Shown piece after piece: positions 41,443 through 50,517 of a stretch of DNA of 64,000 nucleotides (its first letter is position 1; the number at the start of each line of letters is the position of its first letter). The DNA is from Candidatus Multivoradales bacterium (GTDB lineage Bacteria > Acidobacteriota > Thermoanaerobaculia > Multivoradales > J023), in NCBI GenBank assembly GCA_965248925.1, contig CBDFLE010000006.1, positions 2,304,001 through 2,368,000 of the forward strand, read 5' to 3'. A model generated the notes under the pieces. That model was not told the DNA's origin. It ran no database searches and was given only the letters and a program-made list of their open reading frames with translations. A program made the translations under genes and the position numbers.

Positions 41443-42704
41443 CGCTCTTCCTCGGCCTCCGGCTCGATCTCGGGCTCGGGGGGATTGCGACCATAGGTTT
41501 CGTGCGCGACCACGAACTCGCCGCTGCCGATGGCGCCGCCCATCGACAACTCACCTGCCAGAATCGTCGCAGCGAAAATCTCAGCCAACCGCAGGGCATC
41601 CCCCGTCCCCTCGCAGCCGAGCATCGCCAGGCACTCGCGGCTGGTCCCGAGGCCGGTGCCGCCGCCGACCGTGGCCACCGACAGAGAGGGCAAGGTCACG
41701 CTGGCGTACAACCCGCCGTCGGCAGTGAGTTCGAAATTGGTAATGCCGACCGCCGAGTTGGCGACATTGGCGACGTCTTGACCGCAAGCGATGTAGAGCG
41801 CGGTCAAACCGTTGGCGTAATGGCCGTTGTAGCCTAGAGCACCCGCCTGTAGATGGCCAAGAACGGTGTGATGCCACATATGCACCAGTTGCTCGGGCAA
41901 GAGGTGCAGGACCGATTTCACCACCTGTCGCGGCAACCGCGCTCCGGCCACCACTTTCTTGCCCTTACCCCCCGCCAGTACCGCGCCGCTGGCGCGCTTC
42001 TCCGAGTTGTAGCCGCTAAAAACGTAGTACCGCTCGCTACCGAGGTTGCTGGCAATCCACTGGCAGATCGCTTCCACTGCCTTGACGATCATATTCATGC
42101 CCTGGGCGTCGGCGGTATGAAAACGGCAGTTGACGATCACCTCCCGCCCCACCGGCAGACACTCCAGCGCTAACAAACGACCGTGGGAGGTCGTCGCTTC
42201 GGCCACCTGTCGCAAGTCGTCAAAAGCAGCCTCAACCCGAGCCGCGAAATCGTACGCTTCGGCCACGCCGGCGAGAAAGAAGACTGGTGCGACCCGGTTC
42301 TCGTCCAACCACACCCGGGTTACCGCACCGCCGGCCCGGGTCAGGGCAACCATTCCTCGCTCATAAGAGCGCACCAAGGCCCCTTCGGTGGTTGCCAGCG
42401 GGACGTAGAACTCCCCCTTTGCGTGCTCGCCCCTTAGCCGCAAAGGGCCAGCGACGCCGAGGGGCATCTGGACCGCGCCGATGGGGTTCTCGATATTGCC
42501 GCGAAACTCCTCGCTGGGCAGGCTCGAGCGACCGACATGCGACAGTTGGGTGTCGGTGCGCTGCTCCACCCAAGCCCGGCGGCGAGCCACCAGATCAGCG
42601 CTGTAGCCTTGGTCCTTATAACGTGGTACCAAGCGGATACGCTGCCGCTCAGGCTCTACCAGAACCGGGCGCGCGGGTGCCTCTGTAGGCGAGCTTCTGG
42701 ACAT
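41439..42704 (-). CDS. Class I HMG-CoA reductase homologue
   Basis: NIEN.IG, VPLATTEGAL, DAQGMNM, GQD.A, VGGGT, AGELS and C-terminal catalytic H (AHETYGR). ATG 42704 is coupled to the upstream stop. Confidence 0.92.
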   Translation of the reverse strand: MSRSSPTEAPARPVLVEPERQRIRLVPRYKDQGYSADLVARRRAWVEQRTDTQLSHVGRSSLPSEEFRGNIENPIGAVQMPLGVAGPLRLRGEHAKGEFYVPLATTEGALVRSYERGMVALTRAGGAVTRVWLDENRVAPVFFLAGVAEAYDFAARVEAAFDDLRQVAEATTSHGRLLALECLPVGREVIVNCRFHTADAQGMNMIVKAVEAICQWIASNLGSERYYVFSGYNSEKRASGAVLAGGKGKKVVAGARLPRQVVKSVLHLLPEQLVHMWHHTVLGHLQAGALGYNGHYANGLTALYIACGQDVANVANSAVGITNFELTADGGLYASVTLPSLSVATVGGGTGLGTSRECLAMLGCEGTGDALRLAEIFAATILAGELSMGGAIGSGEFVVAHETYGRNPPEPEIEPEAEEER

Positions 42705-42705
42705 C

Positions 42706-44019
42706 TCAAGAACCCCCGGTAGTAGGTTCCCCGGCCGCCACACGGGCCAAGCCCGCACCACGTTCGAGCACCAAGGCGGCGATGTTGCCATCGAGTCCGA
42801 CAGTATCGACCAAGCCCAATCGCAAGTCGGCCACGGGCGCCGGCGAGGTCAGTGGCGCCAGACACCAGCGAGACAGCTCCTCCTCGAGGCCAGCGATACT
42901 CGGCACCAAACCATCCAGCATGGCGCCCAACAGGGCCACCACTTGCAATGCGCCGGCGGCGCCGAAGGTTTCGCCGAGAATCGACTTGCTGGCCATCACC
43001 GGCAGTTTGCCGGCGTGTTCGCCAAACGCCGCCACCAGTCCCGCGGCCTCGTTCAGGTCGCCCCGCGGACTGCCGTTGGCCGAGGCACTGACTAGGTCAA
43101 TCTGCGCCGGCTCGAGCCCGGCATCGGCCAAGGCAGTGGTGATGGCATAGCATAAAGCGGCGCTGGCGGACTCTGGCTGCTGACCACGGGAGAGGTCATA
43201 ACAACTGGCATGGCCGCGAATCTCAGCCAAGATGGTGGCCCCGCGGCGTTCGGCGAGGGAGGCTTCCTCGAGCATCAGCAGGGCGGCGCCTTCACCAGCG
43301 GCGAAACCGTTGCGACGGCCATCGAAGGGCACGGCACAAGCCGGTTGGCCATTCGTCGCGGCAGCCAACATGCCCGCTTGGTCGAAGCCGCAGAAAGACT
43401 CGAAACACAATTCTTCGGCACCACCGGCGAGCAGCATCTCGGCGCGACCGGAGCGAATCAGGTCGGCACCCTGGGCGATCGCCTGCAAACCCGCCGTGGT
43501 GCCGCCGGTGAAAGTCGAGTTGACCCCGCGCAGACCGTGCCAGATCGCTGCCTGGCCCGCCGCCGCGTTGATCACCGTATTGGCGAACACCAGCGGTTTG
43601 GCATAGTTCGGCCCGGCGGTCTGTGCCCGCACATCGAATTCAGAGATGGTGTGCACACTGCCAAACATCGTCCCCAGCACCAATCCAAGTTCATGCTCGG
43701 CCCGCGCCTCAACGCTCCAACCGCTGGCGGCGAGAGCCAGCTGGGCAGCCACTACGGTCAGTCGCCCGGTACGGTCCAGCGGTCGCAGATTGACCTTGCC
43801 GAGATACTCCAGCGGCGCGAAATCGCGAATCTCGGCACCGAGCGCGGTCGACAAGGACGAGGTATCGAACATCTCCACCGCCGCCAAACCGCTGCACCCC
43901 TGGCGTTGAGCCGCCCACAAGGCCACCGGTGAGTCGCCCACCGCCGACAGCATCCCCACCCCGGTGACCACCACCCGCCGCTCACCTCCTGCCTCCGCTA
44001 GGCCGTTCGCCCTACTCAT
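42706..44019 (-). CDS. Non-catalytic ketosynthase / chain-length factor
   Basis: KS fold; triad replaced: AAC to GGT, SAHG to SASA, GHT to GET. Confidence 0.88.
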   Translation of the reverse strand: MSRANGLAEAGGERRVVVTGVGMLSAVGDSPVALWAAQRQGCSGLAAVEMFDTSSLSTALGAEIRDFAPLEYLGKVNLRPLDRTGRLTVVAAQLALAASGWSVEARAEHELGLVLGTMFGSVHTISEFDVRAQTAGPNYAKPLVFANTVINAAAGQAAIWHGLRGVNSTFTGGTTAGLQAIAQGADLIRSGRAEMLLAGGAEELCFESFCGFDQAGMLAAATNGQPACAVPFDGRRNGFAAGEGAALLMLEEASLAERRGATILAEIRGHASCYDLSRGQQPESASAALCYAITTALADAGLEPAQIDLVSASANGSPRGDLNEAAGLVAAFGEHAGKLPVMASKSILGETFGAAGALQVVALLGAMLDGLVPSIAGLEEELSRWCLAPLTSPAPVADLRLGLVDTVGLDGNIAALVLERGAGLARVAAGEPTTGGS

Positions 44020-45233
44020 CCGGCATACCGCCGGAAAAGCACCGAGGCATTGTTGCCACCAAAGGCATAGGCGTTGTTCATCGCCACCTCGACCGCTAGT
44101 TGGCGCGCCTCGTTGGGTACGCAGTCGAGTTCACACTGCGGATCAGGCTCGGAAAAATTCATGGTGGGCGGGATCTCGCTCTGGTCGATCGCCAAACAGC
44201 AGATAGCGCTCTCGATAGCCGAGGCAGCGCCCATGGTGTGGCCGATCATCGATTTCACCGAACTGATCGGCAGCCGCGCGAGGCCATCACCAAAGACTCG
44301 CTGCACCGCCAAAGTTTCGAGGCGGTCGTTGGTCGGTGTGCCAGTACCGTGGGCGCTGACGTAGCTGACCGCCGCCGGCTCGATACCACTAGTCGCCAAA
44401 GCCTGCTCCATGGCGCGGGCGGCACCATCGCCCTCGGGATGGGCAGCGGTCATGTGATGGGCGTCGCAGGAGAGGCCAAAGCCAGCCATCTCAGCGTAGA
44501 TCCGCGCCCCCCGACGCCGCGCGCGGTCGAGAGTCTCGAGCACCAACACCGCCGCCCCCTCGCCCGGGATCATCCCCTTGCGATGGAGGTCAAACGGCTG
44601 GCAGATCTCCGGTGCGATCGCCCCGAGGCGGGCAAAACCGGTGTAGGTGATGCGCGAGAAAGAGTCGGCTCCGCCGGCCAACATGACCTCGGCGCGACCG
44701 GCGCGCAGCGCATCGAAAGCATAGGCCATGGCGTAGTTGCCGGCCGCGCAGGCGGCGGGGATCATCGCATTGATGCCGCCGAAGCCGACTTCGACCGCGA
44801 CCTGGCCGGCGATCACATGACAGGGATAAGCGTGGGCAAACCGAGGGCCGAGCTGATCGAGGCTGTCGGCCATCATGCGATCGTCGAAATGCTCGACCTC
44901 GCGCGGCTCACCCGAAGTAGTGCCCATCACCACACCTGCTCGATGAGGATCCGCGGGGCGCTCCAGGCCGGCATCTTCGACCGCCTCGTGGGCAGCGCAG
45001 ATCGCCAGTTGGGAAGCGCGGCCAACCTGTGTCGGATCCAGTAGTCGCAGGGCCAGCGCAGGGTCAAAACCCTGAATCTCGGCACCCAGCTTGGCCCGAT
45101 GCTTGCTTGTGTCGAACGAGGTCACGGCACTGAAGCCACTGCAGCCAGCGAGCAGCTGGCGCCAGCTCTGATCGCGGTCGGTGCCCACGGGCGTAACCGC
45201 ACCGATGCCGGTGACGACGACCCGTGGCAACAT
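44016..45233 (-). CDS. Type II beta-ketoacyl-ACP synthase (FabF-like KS-alpha)
   Basis: AACAAG, SAHGTGT..ND, KSMIGHTMGA, FGGNN; intact Cys-His-His. Confidence 0.95.
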   Translation of the reverse strand: MLPRVVVTGIGAVTPVGTDRDQSWRQLLAGCSGFSAVTSFDTSKHRAKLGAEIQGFDPALALRLLDPTQVGRASQLAICAAHEAVEDAGLERPADPHRAGVVMGTTSGEPREVEHFDDRMMADSLDQLGPRFAHAYPCHVIAGQVAVEVGFGGINAMIPAACAAGNYAMAYAFDALRAGRAEVMLAGGADSFSRITYTGFARLGAIAPEICQPFDLHRKGMIPGEGAAVLVLETLDRARRRGARIYAEMAGFGLSCDAHHMTAAHPEGDGAARAMEQALATSGIEPAAVSYVSAHGTGTPTNDRLETLAVQRVFGDGLARLPISSVKSMIGHTMGAASAIESAICCLAIDQSEIPPTMNFSEPDPQCELDCVPNEARQLAVEVAMNNAYAFGGNNASVLFRRYAG

Positions 45234-45234
45234 C

Positions 45235-45513
45235 TCAGGCTACTTCCTCGGCGGCGCCCACGTCGAGATGCTCCAGCACCAGGTCGACCGAATCCTGCAC
45301 CGTGCGCAACTCCTGTAAGCGCTCTTCCGGCACCCCGAGCTTGAACTCGAAATCGACGTCGACCCCGATCTCCATCAAGGACAGAGAATCCAATTCCAAA
45401 TCATCGATAAAAGAAGCATTGTCGGCGATCTCCGCCGGCTCGATGCTAGTGACATTGGAGATGATCTCCTTGATCTTGGCCCGAATCTCCGGGATCTTAT
45501 CTGTGACAGCCAT
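45235..45513 (-). CDS. Acyl carrier protein
   Basis: Acidic 92 aa; DLELDSL phosphopantetheine site. Confidence 0.95.
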   Translation of the reverse strand: MAVTDKIPEIRAKIKEIISNVTSIEPAEIADNASFIDDLELDSLSLMEIGVDVDFEFKLGVPEERLQELRTVQDSVDLVLEHLDVGAAEEVA

Positions 45514-45683
45514 TCCCTACTTCCTCCAGCTTGCGGTGGCGCTGCTCAGTCAGCACGCGACGGTAGGAGGACGGCCGGCAAGGCCGCCTCCCGATCTCTT
45601 CCCCTGATCTCGAGAATCATCGACTCACTCCAGCGCCACGGACGGTCAGAAACTCCGCAGACAACCAAAGTAACTCAGCACAG

Positions 45684-45740
45684 ATGCTATAGCCGGCTCG
45701 GTAGAGCAGCAATGGCTCTGGTGGTGCAAAAAAGATCTAG
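45684..45740 (-). promoter_or_regulatory. Putative sigma70-type promoter of the ACP-KS operon with upstream activator box
   Basis: Minus strand: TTGCTG(45712-45707)-N17-TAGCAT(45689-45684), preceded by AGATCTTTTTT. Confidence 0.6.
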
Positions 45741-45746
45741 TGCCTC

Positions 45747-46484
45747 CTACCTTGCCGCCGGCCAACCCGGTAGGGACTGCTCCATCAGACCGAGTGCCAG
45801 AGCGCGCCGAATCGCTCCGCGGCGCTGCCCGACACCGAGCTTGTCGAGGATCTTGTGAACATGATTCTTCACCGTTGGCAGGCTGATCGCCAGCCGTTGA
45901 GCGATTTCCTTGTTGCGCAAACCTCCGCCGATTAGCCTTAGCACCTGATCCTCCCTTGGCGTCAGCCGCACCACCACCTGCTCACGGGATTTCACCGGCA
46001 ACTGCTCAGCCAGCTCAGAGATGCGACTGAGCACGCTAGCCGCCAGTCGCGGCGTACACGGTGGCCGGTTGGCGAGCACATCGGCAATCGCCTGGCGCAA
46101 CTCAGCCAATCCAGCGGCGGCAGGCAAATGCCCACTGGCCCCCTCTTCAATCAGCGCCAGCCCCTCGCGCTCGCCGTCGACGCCCAACACCAGCACTTTG
46201 GCGCGAGGATACTGCCGCCGAGCCCAGCGGGTCGCGACGCGGGTCTGGCCCGCGCCGCCGAGGGCATCGATCAGCACCACCTTCGGCACGTTATTCGGCA
46301 CATTGTTCGGCACAGAATTCGCCGCCGAGCCCGGCTCCGCAACACATCCATCAGCGTCCGGTGCAGCTATTGTCCGCAAGCAGGCGGTGGCGCCAAACGT
46401 GGCCACCAAAGCCTGCGCCACCAAGGGTGAGGGGTGGACGAGCCACACCTCCGGGCGGTGGCCATTGGCGGCCACGTCCCTCAC
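45747..46484 (-). CDS. LuxR-family regulator with atypical receiver
   Basis: LTPRE...NKEIAQRL.IS..TVKNHVH.IL.KL; GTGA coupling at 46481-46484; acidic DD pocket missing. Confidence 0.88.
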   Translation of the reverse strand: MRDVAANGHRPEVWLVHPSPLVAQALVATFGATACLRTIAAPDADGCVAEPGSAANSVPNNVPNNVPKVVLIDALGGAGQTRVATRWARRQYPRAKVLVLGVDGEREGLALIEEGASGHLPAAAGLAELRQAIADVLANRPPCTPRLAASVLSRISELAEQLPVKSREQVVVRLTPREDQVLRLIGGGLRNKEIAQRLAISLPTVKNHVHKILDKLGVGQRRGAIRRALALGLMEQSLPGWPAAR

Positions 46485-47170
46485 CCGGCCTCCCGCACCA
46501 AGCGATGGCGACGATCCCTGATCCAACCATGACGATAGGCATGGCGCACCGCCGCGCCGCGATCGCCAACCTCGAGCTTCTCGAAAATGTGATGCACATG
46601 GTTCTTGACCGTGTAGACCGAGAGGTTGAGCTGCTCGGCGATCTGCCGGTTGCTCGAATCATCGGCGATCAGCTGCAAGATCTCGATCTCGCGCGGGGTC
46701 AGCTTGAAGACCTCGGCGCGGTCGTGCTCTCGGCGTTGTCGCGCCACGTCGGCCAAGCGGGTGAACAGTGAATCGGCGATATCGGTCGAACAAAGCACCT
46801 CGCCTTGCAGCACCCGGTCGAGGGTGTCCACCAGCTTCCCCCAGTGGTTTTCCTTACCCACGAAAGCGTCTACGCCGGCCTCGACACAACGCAGAATCGC
46901 CCGTTGATGCAGCGGTAAACCAAGGACCACGACCTTCGGTGCCGGCTCCATTTGGCGCGTCTCGCGAACCAGACAGCCGAGGCGCTCCTTGGCTCTGTTG
47001 ATATCGATCAGCAACAAGTCCGGCGGCTCGGCGCGCACCGCGGCCAGCGCAGATTCCGGCCGCTCGGCAACCGCCACCGAGAAGCGAGGGCCCGAAGAAA
47101 GATGAGCTGCCAACGCCTCCCGCGCCACCCCATGACAGCTGTAGAGCAGAATCCGCGACCGTCGGCTCAT
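46481..47170 (-). CDS. LuxR-family regulator with atypical receiver
   Basis: LTPRE.EIL...SNRQIAEQL.LS..TVKNHVH; beta1 ends YSCH instead of DD. Start uncertain (47170-47224). Confidence 0.9.
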   Translation of the reverse strand: MSRRSRILLYSCHGVAREALAAHLSSGPRFSVAVAERPESALAAVRAEPPDLLLIDINRAKERLGCLVRETRQMEPAPKVVVLGLPLHQRAILRCVEAGVDAFVGKENHWGKLVDTLDRVLQGEVLCSTDIADSLFTRLADVARQRREHDRAEVFKLTPREIEILQLIADDSSNRQIAEQLNLSVYTVKNHVHHIFEKLEVGDRGAAVRHAYRHGWIRDRRHRLVREAG

Positions 47171-47453
47171 CCGCCGTTCTCCCGTCAAACAAGACATCCA
47201 CCCGCCCGGTTCCGCAGCCATCAAGCGGCTCGGGCGGCAGCAAATGTCCCTGCTGCTGAATCTGAATAGCTAAAGCGATCGAGCTGAGATTAGCATATTG
47301 CCGAGCCGGCAAACCAAGCCGCCGAATGGTTTGCACCGACCGGCGCAGGATGACTGAAATTGACCAGCCGCAGAGGTTTCTACCCTCGGCAGCCGACGGC
47401 CAAGAGACTCTGAGCTAGGAACGTCGGCCGTTCTTGTGGTGAGGGCGCAGAGA

Positions 47454-49724
47454 TTACCAGGGGCCGCAATTTGCACCGTCCGCCACCGGTTCGAGAATCA
47501 ACGCCGCGAGCGGCGGCAGATCGATAGGCAGGGTGGCCGGCCACTCATCCCGCGGCTGTTCGCCGGCAATGGGCTCCACTGCGGTGGCATAGCCGCTGCC
47601 GCCATAGCGCTCGTCGTCTGAAGACAGCAGCAACCGGTAGGGTCCAGGGTGGGGCACTCCCAGGCTATAGCCGGGGCGTGGCACCGGCGTCAGGTTGAGC
47701 ACCACTAGTACCGAGTCTTCGGCAGAGCGGCGTTGATAGGCGATGACCGACCGCTGCCGATCGTCGCAACTCAACCAACGAAAACCTTCGGGATCGGGAT
47801 CGCTTTGCCACAGACAGGGGCGCGATTGATAAAGCTTTCCGAGATCGCAGAGCAAGTTGTAGATGCCCTGGTGGTCGGCGTCTTCGAGCAGCTGCCAATC
47901 GAGTTCGCCCTGCCACGCCCACTCTTTGCGGGGTGCCAACTCACTGCCCATGAACAGTAACTTCTTGCCCGGTCGGCTGAGCTGATAAGCGTAAAGCAAA
48001 CGCAGATTGGCCAGCTGCTGCCACGGGTCGCCGTACATCTTGGCTTGCAACGAGCCTTTACCATGCACTACTTCATCATGGGACAACGGATTCAAAAAAC
48101 ACTCGCTGTATTCATAGACCATGGCGAAGGTGAGCTGGTCGTGGCAGCCCGAGCGAAACAAGGGGTCGACTGCCAGATAGCTCAGGGTGTCGTGCATCCA
48201 GCCCAGGTTCCATTTCAGGTCGAAACCCAACCCGCCCTCCGTGGGAGACTTTGTGACCCCTGGCCACGAGGTGCTTTCTTCAGCTAGGGTAAAGCATCCA
48301 GGGAATTCTTCGTGGACCCGCTGGTTGACCGCCTGTAAAAAACTGATCGCTTCGAGGTTCTCGCGCCCTCCCCGCTCATTGGCCAACCACTCCCCTTCTT
48401 TGCGGCTGTAGTCGAGATAGAGCATCGAAGCCACCGCGTCGACCCGCAAGCCGTCGATGTGCATCACGTCGAGCCAGTAAAGGGCGTTGGCAATGAGAAA
48501 GTTGCGCACTTCGTAGCGCCCCAAATTGAAGATCAGGGTGCCCCAATCCGGATGCAGGCCACGGCGTGGATCGGCGTGCTCGTAGAGGGCCGTGCCATCG
48601 AACTTCGCCAGCCCGTGGGCATCGGTGACAAAGTGGCCAGGGACCCAGTCGAGAATCACCCCAATGCCATGCTGATGGCAGTGATCGACAAAAAAGCGGA
48701 AGTCGTCGGGGTCGCCGTGGCGGGAGGTCGGTGCGTAGTAGCCAGTGACTTGATAACCCCAAGAACCGCCGTAGGGATGCTCGCTGATCGGCAACAGTTC
48801 GAGATAGTTGAAACCCAGAGGCAGCAGGTGTTCGACCAGCAGTGGCGCTAACTCGCGATAGCTCAACAGCTGACCGTCGCGATGCCGCCAAGAAGCCAGG
48901 TGTACCTCGTAGATGTGCATTGGCGCCCGCCCGGGCTGCAATTCGCGCCGCGCTGTCAGCCAAGCTTGGTCAGACCAGCTGTAGGCCGAACTGAAAGTCC
49001 GCGAAGCGGTCTCGGGTGGCTGCTCGGCCCAAACCGCCAACGGATCGGCTTTGAGCCGCACTTCGCCGTCGGCGCCGAGGATCTCAAACTTGTAGAGTTC
49101 TCCCGTCTCTAGCTCCGGGATGAAGATCTCAAACACGCCACTGTTGCCCAAACGGCGCATCGGGTAGCGCCGTCCGTCCCAATTGCAAAAGTCCCCCACC
49201 AGACTGACCCGTTGGGCGTTGGCAGCCCAGACGGCGACCGCGAACCCAGCGACCCCCAAGAGGGTACGAGGACGGGCGCCGAGACTCTCCCACAACCGCC
49301 AATGGGTTCCCTCGCCCAGCAAGTAGAGATCGACCTCGCCCAAGCTGGGTGGGAAGCGGTAGGGATCTTCGATCTGGCGCGCCTCCCCTCCCACTTGCTC
49401 GACGACCTGTAGACGATAGGCCAGCTCGGCTTGCTCAGCCGGCAGCCAGGCGGCCCACAGGCCGCGCGGGTCGATTTGTTCGAGGGCCAGCGAATCACCG
49501 CTCGGCAACACTACGGCCACGGACTCCACCGCCGGAAATTGCACTCGCAAGACGACCCCTGACTCACCGTCGAGAGTCGCCGCGTGCGGACCGAGCAGGC
49601 GGTGCGGATCGGCGTGTTGCCCGTCGAGCAGGGCTTGGCAATCGGCCAAGTCGCCGGCCAGCAACTGGCGTCGTGGATCGCCGGGCTTGGAATTACCGCG
49701 TTCAGAAGTACTGTTTGCAGACAT
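47454..49724 (-). CDS. glgB: 1,4-alpha-glucan branching enzyme
   Basis: IYEVHL.SW, SWGYQ, LDWVPGHF, DGLRVDAVASMLY, AEEST, LSHDEVVHGK. Confidence 0.97.
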   Translation of the reverse strand: MSANSTSERGNSKPGDPRRQLLAGDLADCQALLDGQHADPHRLLGPHAATLDGESGVVLRVQFPAVESVAVVLPSGDSLALEQIDPRGLWAAWLPAEQAELAYRLQVVEQVGGEARQIEDPYRFPPSLGEVDLYLLGEGTHWRLWESLGARPRTLLGVAGFAVAVWAANAQRVSLVGDFCNWDGRRYPMRRLGNSGVFEIFIPELETGELYKFEILGADGEVRLKADPLAVWAEQPPETASRTFSSAYSWSDQAWLTARRELQPGRAPMHIYEVHLASWRHRDGQLLSYRELAPLLVEHLLPLGFNYLELLPISEHPYGGSWGYQVTGYYAPTSRHGDPDDFRFFVDHCHQHGIGVILDWVPGHFVTDAHGLAKFDGTALYEHADPRRGLHPDWGTLIFNLGRYEVRNFLIANALYWLDVMHIDGLRVDAVASMLYLDYSRKEGEWLANERGGRENLEAISFLQAVNQRVHEEFPGCFTLAEESTSWPGVTKSPTEGGLGFDLKWNLGWMHDTLSYLAVDPLFRSGCHDQLTFAMVYEYSECFLNPLSHDEVVHGKGSLQAKMYGDPWQQLANLRLLYAYQLSRPGKKLLFMGSELAPRKEWAWQGELDWQLLEDADHQGIYNLLCDLGKLYQSRPCLWQSDPDPEGFRWLSCDDRQRSVIAYQRRSAEDSVLVVLNLTPVPRPGYSLGVPHPGPYRLLLSSDDERYGGSGYATAVEPIAGEQPRDEWPATLPIDLPPLAALILEPVADGANCGPW

Positions 49725-49743
49725 GGGGGCTTGGCTAACCAGT

Positions 49744-50517
49744 CTACACCGTGAAGGGCGAGTCAACGGCCGCCCACCTCGGTGTCTCGTCCAATTCGGG
49801 CCGTCCGGCGAGGATCTCGTGCGGCTGATAGCGGGCTTTGTAGCGCATGCTCTGGTTACCCTCGACCCAATAACCCAGGTAGAGGTTTTCTACTCCCCGA
49901 GTCTTGGCCAAGAGCAGCTGCTGCAGCACCGAGAAGACCCCTAGGCCGCGCTGGCGCAAGTCGGGATCGTAGTAGCAATAGACCGCTGATACCGCCTTGG
50001 GCAGCAGGTCCACCAACGCCACCCCGACCAAATTGCCATCGAGCACAAATAGCAGTTCGTGGCCAAAGTCGTGCTGGCCGTCGACAAAGGTGAAGAAGTA
50101 TTCCTCGGCAGTGATCGCTTTTTCTTTCCAACCGCGACGGTGATGCATGTCGCGGTGATAGCGCTGGTAGAGATCGAGATGGGCGGCCGTGACGCAGGGG
50201 CGGCCGAGCAAGGTGTGGAGATCTTGATTGCGCTTGCCAGTGCGCCGCATCGAGCGGTTGGGGGCAAAGCTGTCGACCGCCACCCGCAGGCTGCGGCACT
50301 GCTGGCAATTGGCACAGACCGGGCGAAAAAACGCCCGGCCAAAACGTCGCCAGCCGCGCCCGAGCAAGCGCTGATAGTCCTCTGCGGGACAAGCGCCGAT
50401 GACCCGGTAGGCCATTTGCGAGGTCAGGTCAGGGAGGTAAGGGCAGGGCTCGCCCGCGCTGAGTTCCTCGGTGATCGAGCCGAGCACCGTGAGGCTACCC
50501 GCCGCCGGGTCTCTCAT
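49744..50517 (-). CDS. ate: ATE1/Bpt-family aminoacyl-tRNA--protein transferase
   Basis: CPYL, GWRRFG...FRP.C..C..C..LR, SAVYCYYDPD, LYLGYWV....M.YK. Confidence 0.92.
   Translation of the reverse strand: MRDPAAGSLTVLGSITEELSAGEPCPYLPDLTSQMAYRVIGACPAEDYQRLLGRGWRRFGRAFFRPVCANCQQCRSLRVAVDSFAPNRSMRRTGKRNQDLHTLLGRPCVTAAHLDLYQRYHRDMHHRRGWKEKAITAEEYFFTFVDGQHDFGHELLFVLDGNLVGVALVDLLPKAVSAVYCYYDPDLRQRGLGVFSVLQQLLLAKTRGVENLYLGYWVEGNQSMRYKARYQPHEILAGRPELDETPRWAAVDSPFTV

Noticed and set aside
39895-42704. HMGR + CrtI as a mevalonate/carotenoid cluster
   Set aside because: No HMGS, MVK, IDI, crtE or crtB in the window; the genes are coupled to KS-CLF-ACP instead.
44016-45513. Housekeeping acpP-fabF
   Set aside because: No fabD, fabG, fabH or plsX nearby; followed by a triad-less KS and tailoring genes.
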